Assembly: GCA_031278175.1 (NCBI GenBank) | Contig: JAITLB010000021.1 | Coordinates: 1-45,657 of the forward strand | DNA length: 45,657 bases | Origin: Christensenellaceae bacterium | GTDB taxonomy: Bacteria; Bacillota; Clostridia; Christensenellales; DTU072 | Reading direction: 5' to 3' | Part shown: in pieces, positions 8,693-19,139 of the stretch | Layout of the letters: each line of letters starts with the position of its first letter | How positions within the stretch are numbered: the first letter of the stretch is position 1 | Program-made: the position numbers and the translations under genes | Notes under the pieces: model-generated | What the model was told of the DNA's origin: nothing | Databases searched by the model: none | What the model saw: the letters and a program-made list of their open reading frames with translations, nothing else

Positions 8693-9481
8693 ATGTTCGG
8701 TTGGAAAGAAATAGTCGATGTCGGTACACTGTCCGCATTATTCATATTTGCAACCCTATTTTTTGCAAGAAAAAAAAGACTGAAGCCTCTTCTCTTATAT
8801 TTCCCCTTGTTTTCTGTTTATGCGGCAGTCATAATTCTAGACTATATGTATGGTTTTCCAATCGCACGACAGGTCGCAACGCTGTTTGCTGTGCTATTTA
8901 TAGTTGTTATAGCTGTTGTTCACCAAGCAGATTTTAAGGCATTCTTTTTTGACTTATCAAAACGCTCATCCGATCGCGATTCAAATAATGAGCGTAATAT
9001 TACTGATGAAGATTTAAGCATTGCTGCTGATGAAATAGTCAGAGCATGTCAAACAATGGCAAAATTGCGCATAGGTGCTCTTATAGTCATTGCAACTACA
9101 AGCGTAGCTTCTCATATAACTGAAACAGGAACCGAATTGAACGCTACGATCTCCGCTCCATTATTAGAAAGTATTTTTAATACTAAAGCACCAATGCATG
9201 ATGGTGCGGTTGTAGTAAAAGGCAATCGTATTCTTGCAGCTGGATGTTTTCTCCCATTGTCTCAATCACAGAGTATCGCTAAAAATTTGGGAACAAGACA
9301 CCGTGCAGGTATAGGTATTACCGAGGAAACAGATATGATTACAATAATACTGAGTGAAGAAACGGGTACAATTTCAGTTGCAAATCATGGTGAGTTGCGT
9401 CGCTTTATTACCCCTGATAGATTGAGAGACATCTTGCTTAAAACTTTCAACATTTCTCAGACTCGAAAAATGCGATCCTAA
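8693..9481 (+). CDS. cdaA: diadenylate cyclase CdaA (DisA_N domain, 3 N-terminal TM helices)
   Basis: ALIVIATT..APMHDGAVVVKGNRILAAGCFLPLS..LGTRHRAGIGITEETDMITIILSEETGTISVA. AGGAGG RBS precedes ATG 8693. The ORF-track N-terminal extension is unlikely. Confidence 0.8.
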   Translation: MFGWKEIVDVGTLSALFIFATLFFARKKRLKPLLLYFPLFSVYAAVIILDYMYGFPIARQVATLFAVLFIVVIAVVHQADFKAFFFDLSKRSSDRDSNNERNITDEDLSIAADEIVRACQTMAKLRIGALIVIATTSVASHITETGTELNATISAPLLESIFNTKAPMHDGAVVVKGNRILAAGCFLPLSQSQSIAKNLGTRHRAGIGITEETDMITIILSEETGTISVANHGELRRFITPDRLRDILLKTFNISQTRKMRS

Positions 9482-9531
9482 AATAAATTTAAGCAAGAAT
9501 TTCACATAAATCGGAGGTACAATTTAATTTA

Positions 9532-10749
9532 ATGTCTATTATAACTAAATCGTCGGCACTAATACCGCACAACGTTGATCTATCAAAATGGGCGGTTGTT
9601 GCATGCGATCAATTTTCTGCTGAACCCAAATACTGGCAACAGCTTGCAAATTATATAGGGGATGCACCTAGCACGCTAGGTCTTGTATACCCCGAAGCTT
9701 ACTTAGGAAGAACTCCTGCCCAAGATGCCATCAATTCCATTATACACACCATGAACACCTACGAGCAACAGAATATGTTTTCTGCCCCACTTGAAGCTGT
9801 TCTTGTTGAGCGTCAAACGTCTTTTGGTGTACGCGCTGGAATAGTCATTGCGGCTGACCTTGATTGCTACAATTGGGAGCATACTCATGCGCCTATTAGG
9901 GCTACCGAAGAAACCATGTTGGATCGCTTAGCTATTCGCGTAGATATTAGAAAGCGAGCAATATTCGAAACACCACATACACTGCTTCTAATCGATGACG
10001 TAGATAGGCATATTATAGAGCCGATCTACCACAATAGATCACAACTTACAAAACTCTATGACTTCAATTTAAATATGTCTGGAGGCCGTATTACGGGTTA
10101 TAGATTAGATGACATAAGTGACCTCATTGCAAAAATCGAGTCGCTAGCTTCTCGAGACCTGCAAATCTCTAAGTACGGTGTTGATACAGGATTGGTACTT
10201 GCCGTAGGAGATGGTAATCATTCTATGGCAGCAGCTAAAGTCTATTGGGATTCAATACGACAATCGCTTTCTGAAAAAGAGCGCGCAAATCATCCTTCTA
10301 GGTACTTTCTAGCTGAAATAGTAAATATATATGGCGATGGAATGGAGTTCCAACCTATACACCGTATGGTTTTCGGTGCTGGCTCTGACTTCATAACGGG
10401 ACTAAAATCTGAGCTGAGCGGTGATGGAATCGCTCGAATATTAACTCATGATGGTGATATAAGCATTAGCGTGCCAGCAATCCAAAGTGAAGCAATATCC
10501 CAAATACAAAAATATCTTGAAAAAGCTACTATGCTAAACCCTAACATGCGCATCGAATATGTGCATAACGAAGATCACTTAAGGAGCGTACTAGCAGCTA
10601 ATGAGGGAGTTGCTATATCTATGCCACATTTCCCCAAAAATGAACTATTTAGTTATGTTGCAAACAATGGGTGCCTCCCTAAAAAAGCGTTTTCTATCGG
10701 CGAACCTGAAAGTAAGCGTTATTATCTAGAATGTCGACGCATTAGATAA
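9532..10749 (+). CDS. DUF1015 family protein
   Basis: ~405 aa. VGDGNHSMAAAKVYW resembles the DUF1015 ADGHHRxAAA motif. Confidence 0.5.
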   Translation: MSIITKSSALIPHNVDLSKWAVVACDQFSAEPKYWQQLANYIGDAPSTLGLVYPEAYLGRTPAQDAINSIIHTMNTYEQQNMFSAPLEAVLVERQTSFGVRAGIVIAADLDCYNWEHTHAPIRATEETMLDRLAIRVDIRKRAIFETPHTLLLIDDVDRHIIEPIYHNRSQLTKLYDFNLNMSGGRITGYRLDDISDLIAKIESLASRDLQISKYGVDTGLVLAVGDGNHSMAAAKVYWDSIRQSLSEKERANHPSRYFLAEIVNIYGDGMEFQPIHRMVFGAGSDFITGLKSELSGDGIARILTHDGDISISVPAIQSEAISQIQKYLEKATMLNPNMRIEYVHNEDHLRSVLAANEGVAISMPHFPKNELFSYVANNGCLPKKAFSIGEPESKRYYLECRRIR

Positions 10750-10818
10750 CTATAATATTCTATAATTACCACACTAAAAATTAATCCACGCACTACTTGT
10801 GGATATTAAGAGGAGTAT

Positions 10819-12126
10819 ATGATCGTATGTAAATTTGGTGGCACTTCAATGGCCACTGCTGAATCAATTACAAAAGTTAAAAACATTATTCAAAGCAACC
10901 CTGACAGAAAAATAATAGTTGTTTCCGCTCCAGGGAAGCGATTTAAATCAGATAGCAAAATAACAGACTTGCTTTATTCTGCCTATAATGAAAGTCTGAA
11001 ATCCGATGTAGGAGCCAATTCATTAAGCGAAGTTAAAGAGCGCTTTGAGAGTTTAGCTAAAGAGCTGAGTCTTAATATCGATATAAACAAGTACATAGAC
11101 GAGATAAAAACTGGTCTGCTCAATGCAAGTACTGCTGATTATGCGGCATCGCGCGGTGAATATCTTTCTGCGCGCATTATGGCGGCGGTATTAGGGTTTA
11201 AATTCATTGACGCAGGCGATATCATCAAGTTTAGATATGACGGCAGCTACGACGCTGATACGACAAAAGATCTCGTCTCAAAATTAAAAAACTCTAAAAC
11301 TGGTATTGTCATCCCAGGATTCTATGGTAGAATGCCAGATAAATCTATAAAAACATTTACTCGCGGTGGTTCCGATGTTACAGGTGCAATTATTGCAGGT
11401 GGTGTCAGTGCTGAATTGTATGAGAACTGGACAGACGTTAGTGGGTTCATGGCAGCAGATCCAACAATTGTTGAGAATCCCAAATGGATAGATTCGCTAT
11501 CATATGCTGAACTTAGGGAATTGTCATACATGGGTGCAAATGTTTTACATCCTGACAGCATATTCCCATTGCGCGAGATCGGTGTGCCAATAAATATTAA
11601 AAACACCTTTGCCCCTGAAGTAAGGGGAACAATGATTCTAAAATCCGTAGCAAATGACCAAAGACCTATAATAACAGGCATTGCAGGGAAAAAAGGCAAT
11701 ACTATTATAGCACTATCTAAGTCAATGATGAACTCCGAACTCGGATTCGGTCGCAAGGTACTCTCGGTATTAGAACGCAATGGAGTATCATTTGAGCATA
11801 TACCAACAGGCATCGACACAATGAGTATTATCGTATCGGGAAAATTGCCCGATAACACACGTGATAAACTTGTAGATGATATAAAAGGGAACGTCAATCC
11901 AGATACTATTGAAATAACGGATAGTATATCGTTAATCGCAATCGTTGGTCACGGCATGGCTAACCGCAAAGGCACAGCTGCAAAAATTTGTACCGCACTA
12001 TATAGTGCAGATATAAACATCAGAATGATAGATCAAGGTTCATCCGAAATGAATGTAATCGTTGGTGTAGAAGATGCTGATTACACAAATGCAATTAGAG
12101 CATTATACAAAGCATTCTTTAATTAA
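10819..12126 (+). CDS. lysC: aspartate kinase (monofunctional, C-terminal ACT domains)
   Basis: MIVCKFGGTSMA...VVSAPG..TRGGSDVTGAIIA. 435 aa. AGAGGAG RBS. Confidence 0.85.
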   Translation: MIVCKFGGTSMATAESITKVKNIIQSNPDRKIIVVSAPGKRFKSDSKITDLLYSAYNESLKSDVGANSLSEVKERFESLAKELSLNIDINKYIDEIKTGLLNASTADYAASRGEYLSARIMAAVLGFKFIDAGDIIKFRYDGSYDADTTKDLVSKLKNSKTGIVIPGFYGRMPDKSIKTFTRGGSDVTGAIIAGGVSAELYENWTDVSGFMAADPTIVENPKWIDSLSYAELRELSYMGANVLHPDSIFPLREIGVPINIKNTFAPEVRGTMILKSVANDQRPIITGIAGKKGNTIIALSKSMMNSELGFGRKVLSVLERNGVSFEHIPTGIDTMSIIVSGKLPDNTRDKLVDDIKGNVNPDTIEITDSISLIAIVGHGMANRKGTAAKICTALYSADINIRMIDQGSSEMNVIVGVEDADYTNAIRALYKAFFN

Positions 12127-12139
12127 ATCTACAAACTCT

Positions 12140-12191
12140 AGTGTGTTTGCTCTTAAAGCAAATACACTATGTAAAGGCATACAAATGCCTT
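12140..12191 (+). other. two consecutive hairpins after lysC (11-bp and 7-bp stems), no T-tract
   Basis: agtgtgtttgc-N7-gcaaatacact and aaggcat-acaa-atgcctt. Confidence 0.3.
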
Positions 12192-12342
12192 CACTAATAA
12201 AAAGTTCTTGTAAGACTAGTGCTCTAAAATATTAGTAGTTTGATGTCTAAAACCCTGCTAATCTGTTTTTTAGTGGAGCGCAAATATATCAATTTTTCTC
12301 TTCTGTCTAGATTCTAAAAACGTTAAAAATTAAAAGCATCAT

Positions 12343-12386
12343 TTTGAAAAAACAAAATGGCTCAAATCTAGCCAGATTTGAGCCAT
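12343..12386 (-). terminator. rho-independent terminator of the flotillin-nfeD operon
   Basis: 13-bp stem atggctcaaatct-agcc-agatttgagccat, followed on the minus strand by TTTGTTTTTTC. Confidence 0.7.
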
Positions 12387-12413
12387 CCCAATAGTATACT
12401 TCTTTACATTAAT

Positions 12414-13850
12414 CTATTTTACATCAGTTGCTAGAAGTGATCCATCCGTTAATCCACTTCCTGCTTTAGTACCCAAAAATGTCGGTAATTCCATGCCTGC
12501 CATGTTGAAGAGTTCTTGTAATGGCGGAACACTCTTTATTAATCCTGAAAGAAAGTTGGCAGTAGATGTAGCGCCGTTTTTGTCGCCAGCATTGTCCCAA
12601 ACTGTTATCTTGTCGATCTTAATATTCTTAATAGCTTCAACTTGAACTTTAATCAAGTTCTCAATCTTGTCAGCTATCATAAGCTTAACCGCATCATTAG
12701 GTGAATTCCCAGCTGCCTTAACTACTGCCTGAAGTCCTGTTGCTTGCTTGGATAGAATTTCCATTACACCACGTGCTTGTGCTTCCATCTTGCTGTAGGC
12801 ACCATCAGCTTCACCTCTAGCTTTGCGCCTTGTTTGCTCGGCTTGCGCTTCTGCTTCTAACTCCAGTTTTTGCTTTGCAATTTCTGTTGCTACTATTACG
12901 TCTGCTTGTTGGGTAGCTCTTTCACGTTCTGCTCTAGCTACTTCAGCTTGCTTTTCTGCAGCATATGCTTCTTCTGACGCTTTCGCCGCCTGTATCTTTT
13001 CAGCTGCGGTTGCGCGTCTTAGTGCCTCTGCCTCTCTTTCGCGCCGTAGTGCGTCTGATTCTGCTATTAAAATGCGTGCTTCGTTCTCACCAGCGATTGC
13101 GCGTGACTCTGCAAGAGAAACTTCAATGCGCTGATCGCGTTTTGCGTTAGCTTCACCGATAGAACCGTCACGATCTTTTTCAGCGACAGATTTTTTTGCA
13201 TCGTTTATAGCTTTAGCTGCTGCCTCACGACCTAGTGCATCAATGTATCCTGATTCATCACTAATATCTGTTACGTTAACGTTGATTAGTCTCAAACCTA
13301 TCTTTTTTAACTCTGTTTCAACGTTTGACGAGACCGCCTCTAAGAACTTATCTCTATCTGTGTTGATTTCTTCTATTTCCATAGTTGCTACGACAAGACG
13401 TAGTTGTCCGAAGATAATATCTTTTGCAAGATTCTCTACGGTTGGTAGCGACAAACCTAAGAGACGTTCTGCTGCGTTCTCCATGACACCTGGCTCAGTT
13501 GAAATACCAACTGTAAAACTTGATGGAACGTCTATACGGATATTTTGCCTAGATAGTGCACTTTTTAAATCGACAGGTATAGAAAACGGTGTCAAATCTA
13601 AAAAAGCAAATTGTTGGAACAATGGAATAACTAACTTTGCACCACCATGAATGCATTGAGCTGACATTTTTGTCCCTTCCTTGTTAATACCAACTTTACC
13701 ATAAATGACCATTATTTTGTCAGATGGGCATTTCTTATATCGCGTTGCTAATATTGCAATCGTGCTAATGATCAAGAACAAACTTGCTAGTATTAATCCT
13801 ATAATTAAACCAGCAGAATCGGAACCATCGGCGCTGAGTAATGAGTACAT
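12414..13850 (-). CDS. floT: flotillin-like SPFH/band-7 protein
   Basis: N-terminal TM segment, SPFH domain, long Ala/Glu-rich coiled coil. 478 aa. Paired with NfeD upstream. Confidence 0.8.
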   Translation of the reverse strand: MYSLLSADGSDSAGLIIGLILASLFLIISTIAILATRYKKCPSDKIMVIYGKVGINKEGTKMSAQCIHGGAKLVIPLFQQFAFLDLTPFSIPVDLKSALSRQNIRIDVPSSFTVGISTEPGVMENAAERLLGLSLPTVENLAKDIIFGQLRLVVATMEIEEINTDRDKFLEAVSSNVETELKKIGLRLINVNVTDISDESGYIDALGREAAAKAINDAKKSVAEKDRDGSIGEANAKRDQRIEVSLAESRAIAGENEARILIAESDALRREREAEALRRATAAEKIQAAKASEEAYAAEKQAEVARAERERATQQADVIVATEIAKQKLELEAEAQAEQTRRKARGEADGAYSKMEAQARGVMEILSKQATGLQAVVKAAGNSPNDAVKLMIADKIENLIKVQVEAIKNIKIDKITVWDNAGDKNGATSTANFLSGLIKSVPPLQELFNMAGMELPTFLGTKAGSGLTDGSLLATDVK

Positions 13851-13893
13851 AAAACCTCCTACTAGAATTAAATTTTATCTAGTAAACAATAAA

Positions 13894-14460
13894 TTATTCA
13901 GTTAATGGCATAACGATTAATACGTTGCCATCAATAATACCAGTTACTTTAATCTTTTCACCGCGTTTAAGATCGCGTGTGGAATCAGTTATTGCATCCA
14001 TCTCGGATAATCTACCCGAAACAAGCACTGACACTTTACCTGATTTGGCTTTGTTTGCGGCTATTGGAAGATATACATCGCCAATCTTGCCTATCGCATC
14101 TTTGGGGTCTTTCGTTCCATCTGCTTGTAATTTGCTAATCCATCTATATAGATATGCCACAGCGACTAGTGCTATGCCACCTAAAATTATAGATAAAATA
14201 ATTGTAAGTGCGACTGGGAAACCTTCAAAAGAGGAAAACAACAAGCCCGACCAACCTGCTATACAAAGGAATGCCAACAAACCTCTGATACTGAAAATGC
14301 GCAATCCTGGATCGCCATCATCAAAGGATACGTCCACATCTCCATCGGTCTCTCCTGCACCAGCAAAAACAGCTATTGTCTGTATAACCAAAACCACTGA
14401 CGACAGCACAGCAATGTAGAAATATATTTTTTCAAGAACAGTTAACTGTAAATACCACAT
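13894..14460 (-). CDS. NfeD-family membrane protein (flotillin partner, YqiJ/YuaF-like)
   Basis: TM helices plus a C-terminal OB-like region (KIKVTGIIDGNVLIV). Immediately upstream of flotillin on the same strand. Confidence 0.65.
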   Translation of the reverse strand: MWYLQLTVLEKIYFYIAVLSSVVLVIQTIAVFAGAGETDGDVDVSFDDGDPGLRIFSIRGLLAFLCIAGWSGLLFSSFEGFPVALTIILSIILGGIALVAVAYLYRWISKLQADGTKDPKDAIGKIGDVYLPIAANKAKSGKVSVLVSGRLSEMDAITDSTRDLKRGEKIKVTGIIDGNVLIVMPLTE

Positions 14461-14998
14461 GCTTTGACCTCCTCATGTTCGTATTGCACAATATAATACT
14501 ACTAACTTGAGTAATATTGGAGTGCGCCTAGATAACGCTAAGGCATTATCCAGCCAATAGTATAGCATAAATAATTAAAATTTGCAACAAAACACGTTTT
14601 ACTTGACTATAGCTTTAAATTTTTTAGGAACTAAGTGTTATTTTCGCTTAATAGTGTTAGGCAATATTGTCGATGTTTCGGACATTAAAACTGCATAAAT
14701 CTAAAAAACAAAGGGTGCACCCGATCTTGTCAGGTAAAATCATCGCATTTTGAGAGCAAACAACGGAATATTAAGCAAACTAAAATTCTACACTAACACA
14801 GAACTTTTTAGATGTTTAATATATCCACTAATGCATCTGCGTGTCTCGCGCATGTTTGCCTTTTACCCAATTAATTCATTTATGCCAGTGAGTCCTCTCA
14901 ATTGCCTTCAAACGCACATGCATTTGATGTTTTATACAAACGCTACAAGTGCCACTAACACAAGTGGACTGCTTAGCGACAAATTGCAACCTGTGGCA

Positions 14999-15943
14999 TT
15001 AATATTTTCCGTCAAAGGAGTCAATATCCGTTATGCCATAAATTTCATTGATGTATTTTATTATACTCGCCCTATCACATCTAATAGGTCCTGGATTTTC
15101 CATCTTTAAAGATACGCATGCTGTAGCATATAAAAGTGCGGTTTGCGCGTTTGAGTTGATGCGCTCACATACGTAAGCCGCAAACGTTGTATCACCGCGC
15201 CCACTACGTCCGCTCAAATTGCGGGCTTTTATCGGCACTTTATAGATACTATTACCATCAAATGCAATTACTTCTGTGTTATGGGTTAATACTACTTCCT
15301 TAGCGCCCCAATCGACAAACTGTTTTGCGGCGCTGATGCGATCATTCGATCCTGTCAATATTTCCGCCTCCGCCGCGTCCGTCTTAAAATAATCGATGTG
15401 CGGTAATATTTCTTTCTTTGTTTGCCAATCCTTAAACTCCATGCGACCTGAGACAATGTCCGCGTGCCTTAAAAACCCTTGTACATCTACAGCAGTTTTT
15501 CCACGCAATTTGATAACTTCTATCATTGACTCTGGTATATCGCCATAAACCAAACCGCCAAAATGATAAATTTTGGATTCGCAACTTGGAATATCATCAA
15601 TTTCAAAAGCATCGCATCTGCTTAAACTAAAACACTCTCTACGCTCTTTGTCAGCTGTGAAAAATTTGTTCCTGATAGATGTTGAACACCGCGATGGTCT
15701 GCAATAAATATCATCGCTTGCAACCGTCAATTTCGATAATCTACCCAAGTCTCCAGGCATAAGTTTTGTTACTACACCCGCTGTGTATCCTAATGCCTGC
15801 GCTCCTGCAGGCGAATATGTAACAGCACCACCAATTTCGAGAACTTCATTGTCTAAATAATCAATGTTATAATCAAGTGAAATAGGTCCGATGCTCAAAA
15901 AGTCATATTTTTTATCCATACATCTAAGTTTTTCGTTTACCAT
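14999..15943 (-). CDS. PfkB-family carbohydrate/nucleoside kinase (ribokinase superfamily)
   Basis: C-terminal GRSGRGDTTFAAYV anion-hole motif. 314 aa. GAGGAT RBS. Confidence 0.6.
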   Translation of the reverse strand: MVNEKLRCMDKKYDFLSIGPISLDYNIDYLDNEVLEIGGAVTYSPAGAQALGYTAGVVTKLMPGDLGRLSKLTVASDDIYCRPSRCSTSIRNKFFTADKERRECFSLSRCDAFEIDDIPSCESKIYHFGGLVYGDIPESMIEVIKLRGKTAVDVQGFLRHADIVSGRMEFKDWQTKKEILPHIDYFKTDAAEAEILTGSNDRISAAKQFVDWGAKEVVLTHNTEVIAFDGNSIYKVPIKARNLSGRSGRGDTTFAAYVCERINSNAQTALLYATACVSLKMENPGPIRCDRASIIKYINEIYGITDIDSFDGKY

Positions 15944-16052
15944 GTACTTATCCTCACATTTGTTTGTTAATTAAAATGTCAAATTTGATTGTTTTGCCAA
16001 GCCCAACTCGGCATTTTTTTATTATATTACAAAACTTTTGACTGCTAGTTTG

Positions 16053-17240
16053 CTATATTAGTGTTTTTAGTGCATTGAGCATTGCGTCAATGTGGCATTT
16101 TTCTATAATCAGCGGTGGTAAAAATCTTAATACGTTGTCCCCACACGCATTTATTACAAAACCTTTTTCTAGCATGCTAGTCACTACGGTCTTTGCTGAC
16201 AGATCTGGATTTAATTCTATGCCTAACATTAATCCATCACCTCTAACATCTACTATGTGTGATGATGCCAGCCCTCGCAATTCTCTTTTAAAATATTCGC
16301 CGACAGTTTTAATATTTTGCATAAATTCAGGTTGGCGAATTTTTGAAACTACTGCTAAGGCAACAGCGCAAACTAACGGTGAACCTCCGAATGTGTTTCC
16401 ATGGTCACCTGGCTTGAAAGCCTGAGCCACTTCTTCGGTTGTTAGACACGCGCCAATAGGTAGCCCCCCGCCGATTCCTTTTGCAGCTGTCAATATATCT
16501 GGCATTATACCGTGTTTGATGCATGCCCAAAATGTCCCTGTTCTACCGCCACCAGTTTGCACTTCGTCTAAAATCAGCAATATACCGCGTTTTGACGTCT
16601 CCTCTCTACATGCCCTTAAATATTCGCTTGTAGCTGGAATAACTCCACCCTCGCCCAATATCGGTTCTAACATTAAAGCACCTACTTCGTCATCTTCTAG
16701 TGCTTTTTTCATGGCTTCAATATCGTTATATCGTATATATGAGCCAAATCCAGGCGGTAGTGGCGCAAATGGCTTGCTGTATTTCTCTTGACCTGTTGCA
16801 GACACCGTAGTCAGTGTACGACCGTGAAAAGAGTGAGCAGCTGTAATAAACTTAAATTTGTTTTTACCTCTTTCAAAGAAATATTTGCGTACTAATTTAA
16901 TTGCACATTCATTTGCTTCAGCACCACTATTACAAAAGAAAACCTTTTTTAGTGTAGTGCCTTCCGTTAGTCTTTCCGCTAAAAGTCCGCGATATTCATT
17001 ATAATATAAATTAGATGAAGCAACTATGCGATTAACTTGATCCATTAAGGCATTAATGAACACTGGATGTTTATGCCCTAGACTATTTACAGCAATAGCA
17101 GCTAGGAAATCTATATACTCACGACCGCTGGTGTCGAATAGTTTGCATCCATCACCTGATACAAATGCAATATTCTGCGGTGCGTAAGAACCTATTAAAA
17201 ATTCTTTGTCTCTTTTTATTATTGATTCAAGTAAGTCCAC
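16053..17240 (-). CDS. argD: acetylornithine aminotransferase (class III PLP aminotransferase), GTG start
   Basis: YIDFLAAIAVNSLGHKHP..KVFFCNSGAEANECAIKLVRKY..ILDEVQTG. AAGGAG lies 7 nt before GTG. Confidence 0.8.
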   Translation of the reverse strand: MDLLESIIKRDKEFLIGSYAPQNIAFVSGDGCKLFDTSGREYIDFLAAIAVNSLGHKHPVFINALMDQVNRIVASSNLYYNEYRGLLAERLTEGTTLKKVFFCNSGAEANECAIKLVRKYFFERGKNKFKFITAAHSFHGRTLTTVSATGQEKYSKPFAPLPPGFGSYIRYNDIEAMKKALEDDEVGALMLEPILGEGGVIPATSEYLRACREETSKRGILLILDEVQTGGGRTGTFWACIKHGIMPDILTAAKGIGGGLPIGACLTTEEVAQAFKPGDHGNTFGGSPLVCAVALAVVSKIRQPEFMQNIKTVGEYFKRELRGLASSHIVDVRGDGLMLGIELNPDLSAKTVVTSMLEKGFVINACGDNVLRFLPPLIIEKCHIDAMLNALKTLI

Positions 17241-17296
17241 TGTGAATCTCCTTTTTATTATTTAATCGTCTTACATAATATGAGAGGTTTTCATAT

Positions 17297-18766
17297 TTAT
17301 GCATAAATTACATTTTGTGCTAGTAGTAATATGCCGATAGTAACGGCAAGTATAGACGCTTGCATAGCAAATGACCATTTGATCCACTTAGGGTAATTGA
17401 CAGTTGTCAATCCTAATATGAGGAGCAACCCCGCGTTAGATGGCAAGAACATGTTACTAAAACCATCTGCAAACGTGAAAGCCAATACTGCAACTTGTGG
17501 ATGCACACCAACAAGACCGCACAAATCAAATATTATCGGCATTATCAAGAAAGCTTTAGCTGAACCGCTTTGTATGAATACTTCAAACACAAACACTACA
17601 AGATAAATTAACAACACCGCTACGTTGGCATTTTGGCCCTTTATGGAGTTAATGGACATATATAGAATTGTATCCATTATGTCGCCTTCTGTCACTATGT
17701 ACCGCACACCACCCGCAATTAGGATCATGACAATTGCAGGGACTAACGAAAGCGAGCCTTTGCCTAACAACGCAAAAAGCCTTTTACCCTTTATACCGCA
17801 AAACAGCGAAGCGCCAATCCCGCCAATTATGTATACTGCAACTGTTATGTACATAATATAATCTGCTAATTGATGCCAGAAAATTGCCGTTATTGAACAA
17901 ACTACGACAAAAAGCATCCAACAAGCAAACCAGCGTATCGCCTTGTCTTTTTGTGGGTCGCGCTCAAATGTGTCAATATTAAAAGCAAATTCCTTTTTCC
18001 TAACGGAGTCTAATGCGAACACTGCAGATTTTTGCGGACTTTTATCTATGCGTTTAGCGTAAAGGAATATAAAACCTGAAACAATGATATATGCTAATGC
18101 AAACATTAACAAGCGTGGACCTATTCCCGAAAAAAGTGGCAATCCTCCCAGTGTCTGTGCGACACCTACGGAAAACGGGTTAACTACACCAGCCGCAAAT
18201 CCGCAACTGGCAGCAAGTATCGAAATACCTAATCCTACGAAAGCATCCCAACCCATAGCATACGAGAGCATAACAACTACGGGAACTAAGGGGATTAGCT
18301 CTTCAAACATGCCTACAGCACTACCTAGAAACATAAATGTAAATGACACGGCAAAAATAAGCAGGTATTTGCGACTTTTAAAGCGCGAACTCATCGACTC
18401 AATAAGATATATTAAAATTTTGCTTTCATCCAACACAGCGAAGATTGCACCTATTACTAACATTAGCGCAATTATTACATAGACTATCGTCGCACCATCT
18501 GAAGTGGATGAGAGGATCATTATCGGCGATAAAATGAATTGCCACCAAGTGATACCATCCAAATCAGGATTTTCTTTGTACGTTCCATCGATAATGCTAT
18601 TATTAGCATCACGTTCGTATTCTCCTTTAGGTAATACAAACGTCAATACGTATGCCGTAATTACAAGCACTAGCACTACAGCCACAGCTACAATTATAGA
18701 CTTTTTGCTGAGCGTAATGGCTTTTACCCGTCCTTCACTAGGTTGCTTGGATTCGATATTATCCAT
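17297..18766 (-). CDS. YfcC-family membrane transporter (putative basic amino acid antiporter)
   Basis: 489 aa polytopic protein with YfcC-like topology, next to argD. Confidence 0.5.
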   Translation of the reverse strand: MDNIESKQPSEGRVKAITLSKKSIIVAVAVVLVLVITAYVLTFVLPKGEYERDANNSIIDGTYKENPDLDGITWWQFILSPIMILSSTSDGATIVYVIIALMLVIGAIFAVLDESKILIYLIESMSSRFKSRKYLLIFAVSFTFMFLGSAVGMFEELIPLVPVVVMLSYAMGWDAFVGLGISILAASCGFAAGVVNPFSVGVAQTLGGLPLFSGIGPRLLMFALAYIIVSGFIFLYAKRIDKSPQKSAVFALDSVRKKEFAFNIDTFERDPQKDKAIRWFACWMLFVVVCSITAIFWHQLADYIMYITVAVYIIGGIGASLFCGIKGKRLFALLGKGSLSLVPAIVMILIAGGVRYIVTEGDIMDTILYMSINSIKGQNANVAVLLIYLVVFVFEVFIQSGSAKAFLIMPIIFDLCGLVGVHPQVAVLAFTFADGFSNMFLPSNAGLLLILGLTTVNYPKWIKWSFAMQASILAVTIGILLLAQNVIYA

Positions 18767-19139
18767 TTTGTAAATTTCCTAGACGTTTTAGTTTATTTTA
18801 CTACATAAACATGTTTAGAGCAACTTAATAATACTACATTTTGTGCAATTTAACATGTTTGTCTTAACTAGATATAATATTTGCGCAAAGATGTAGTCAA
18901 AATCAATATCACATTTTTAAACACACACTTTAGCGTAGTAGATCTTTAAGCGTTTGCTACATAGTGATCTTTTTGCATTATGCTATCTTAGCTACCCGTG
19001 AGTTTTATTAATTTATCTCTAACAAATTTCAGACCTCAAAATTGTTATCTTTTTTTCATAAAAGATTTAAAACTCACTCTATTTAAAATTAATTCCTATG
19101 GAGTTAAAACGATGCTACAAACATTAGCGTTTCTTTATT

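Noticed and set aside
10750-10818. Lysine (L-box) riboswitch upstream of lysC
   Set aside because: Only 69 bp separate lysC from the preceding gene, far too short for an L-box (~180 nt).
14750-15109. 119-aa plus-strand ORF
   Set aside because: It overlaps the PfkB kinase gene and its promoter region on the opposite strand, and has no RBS. It is likely spurious.
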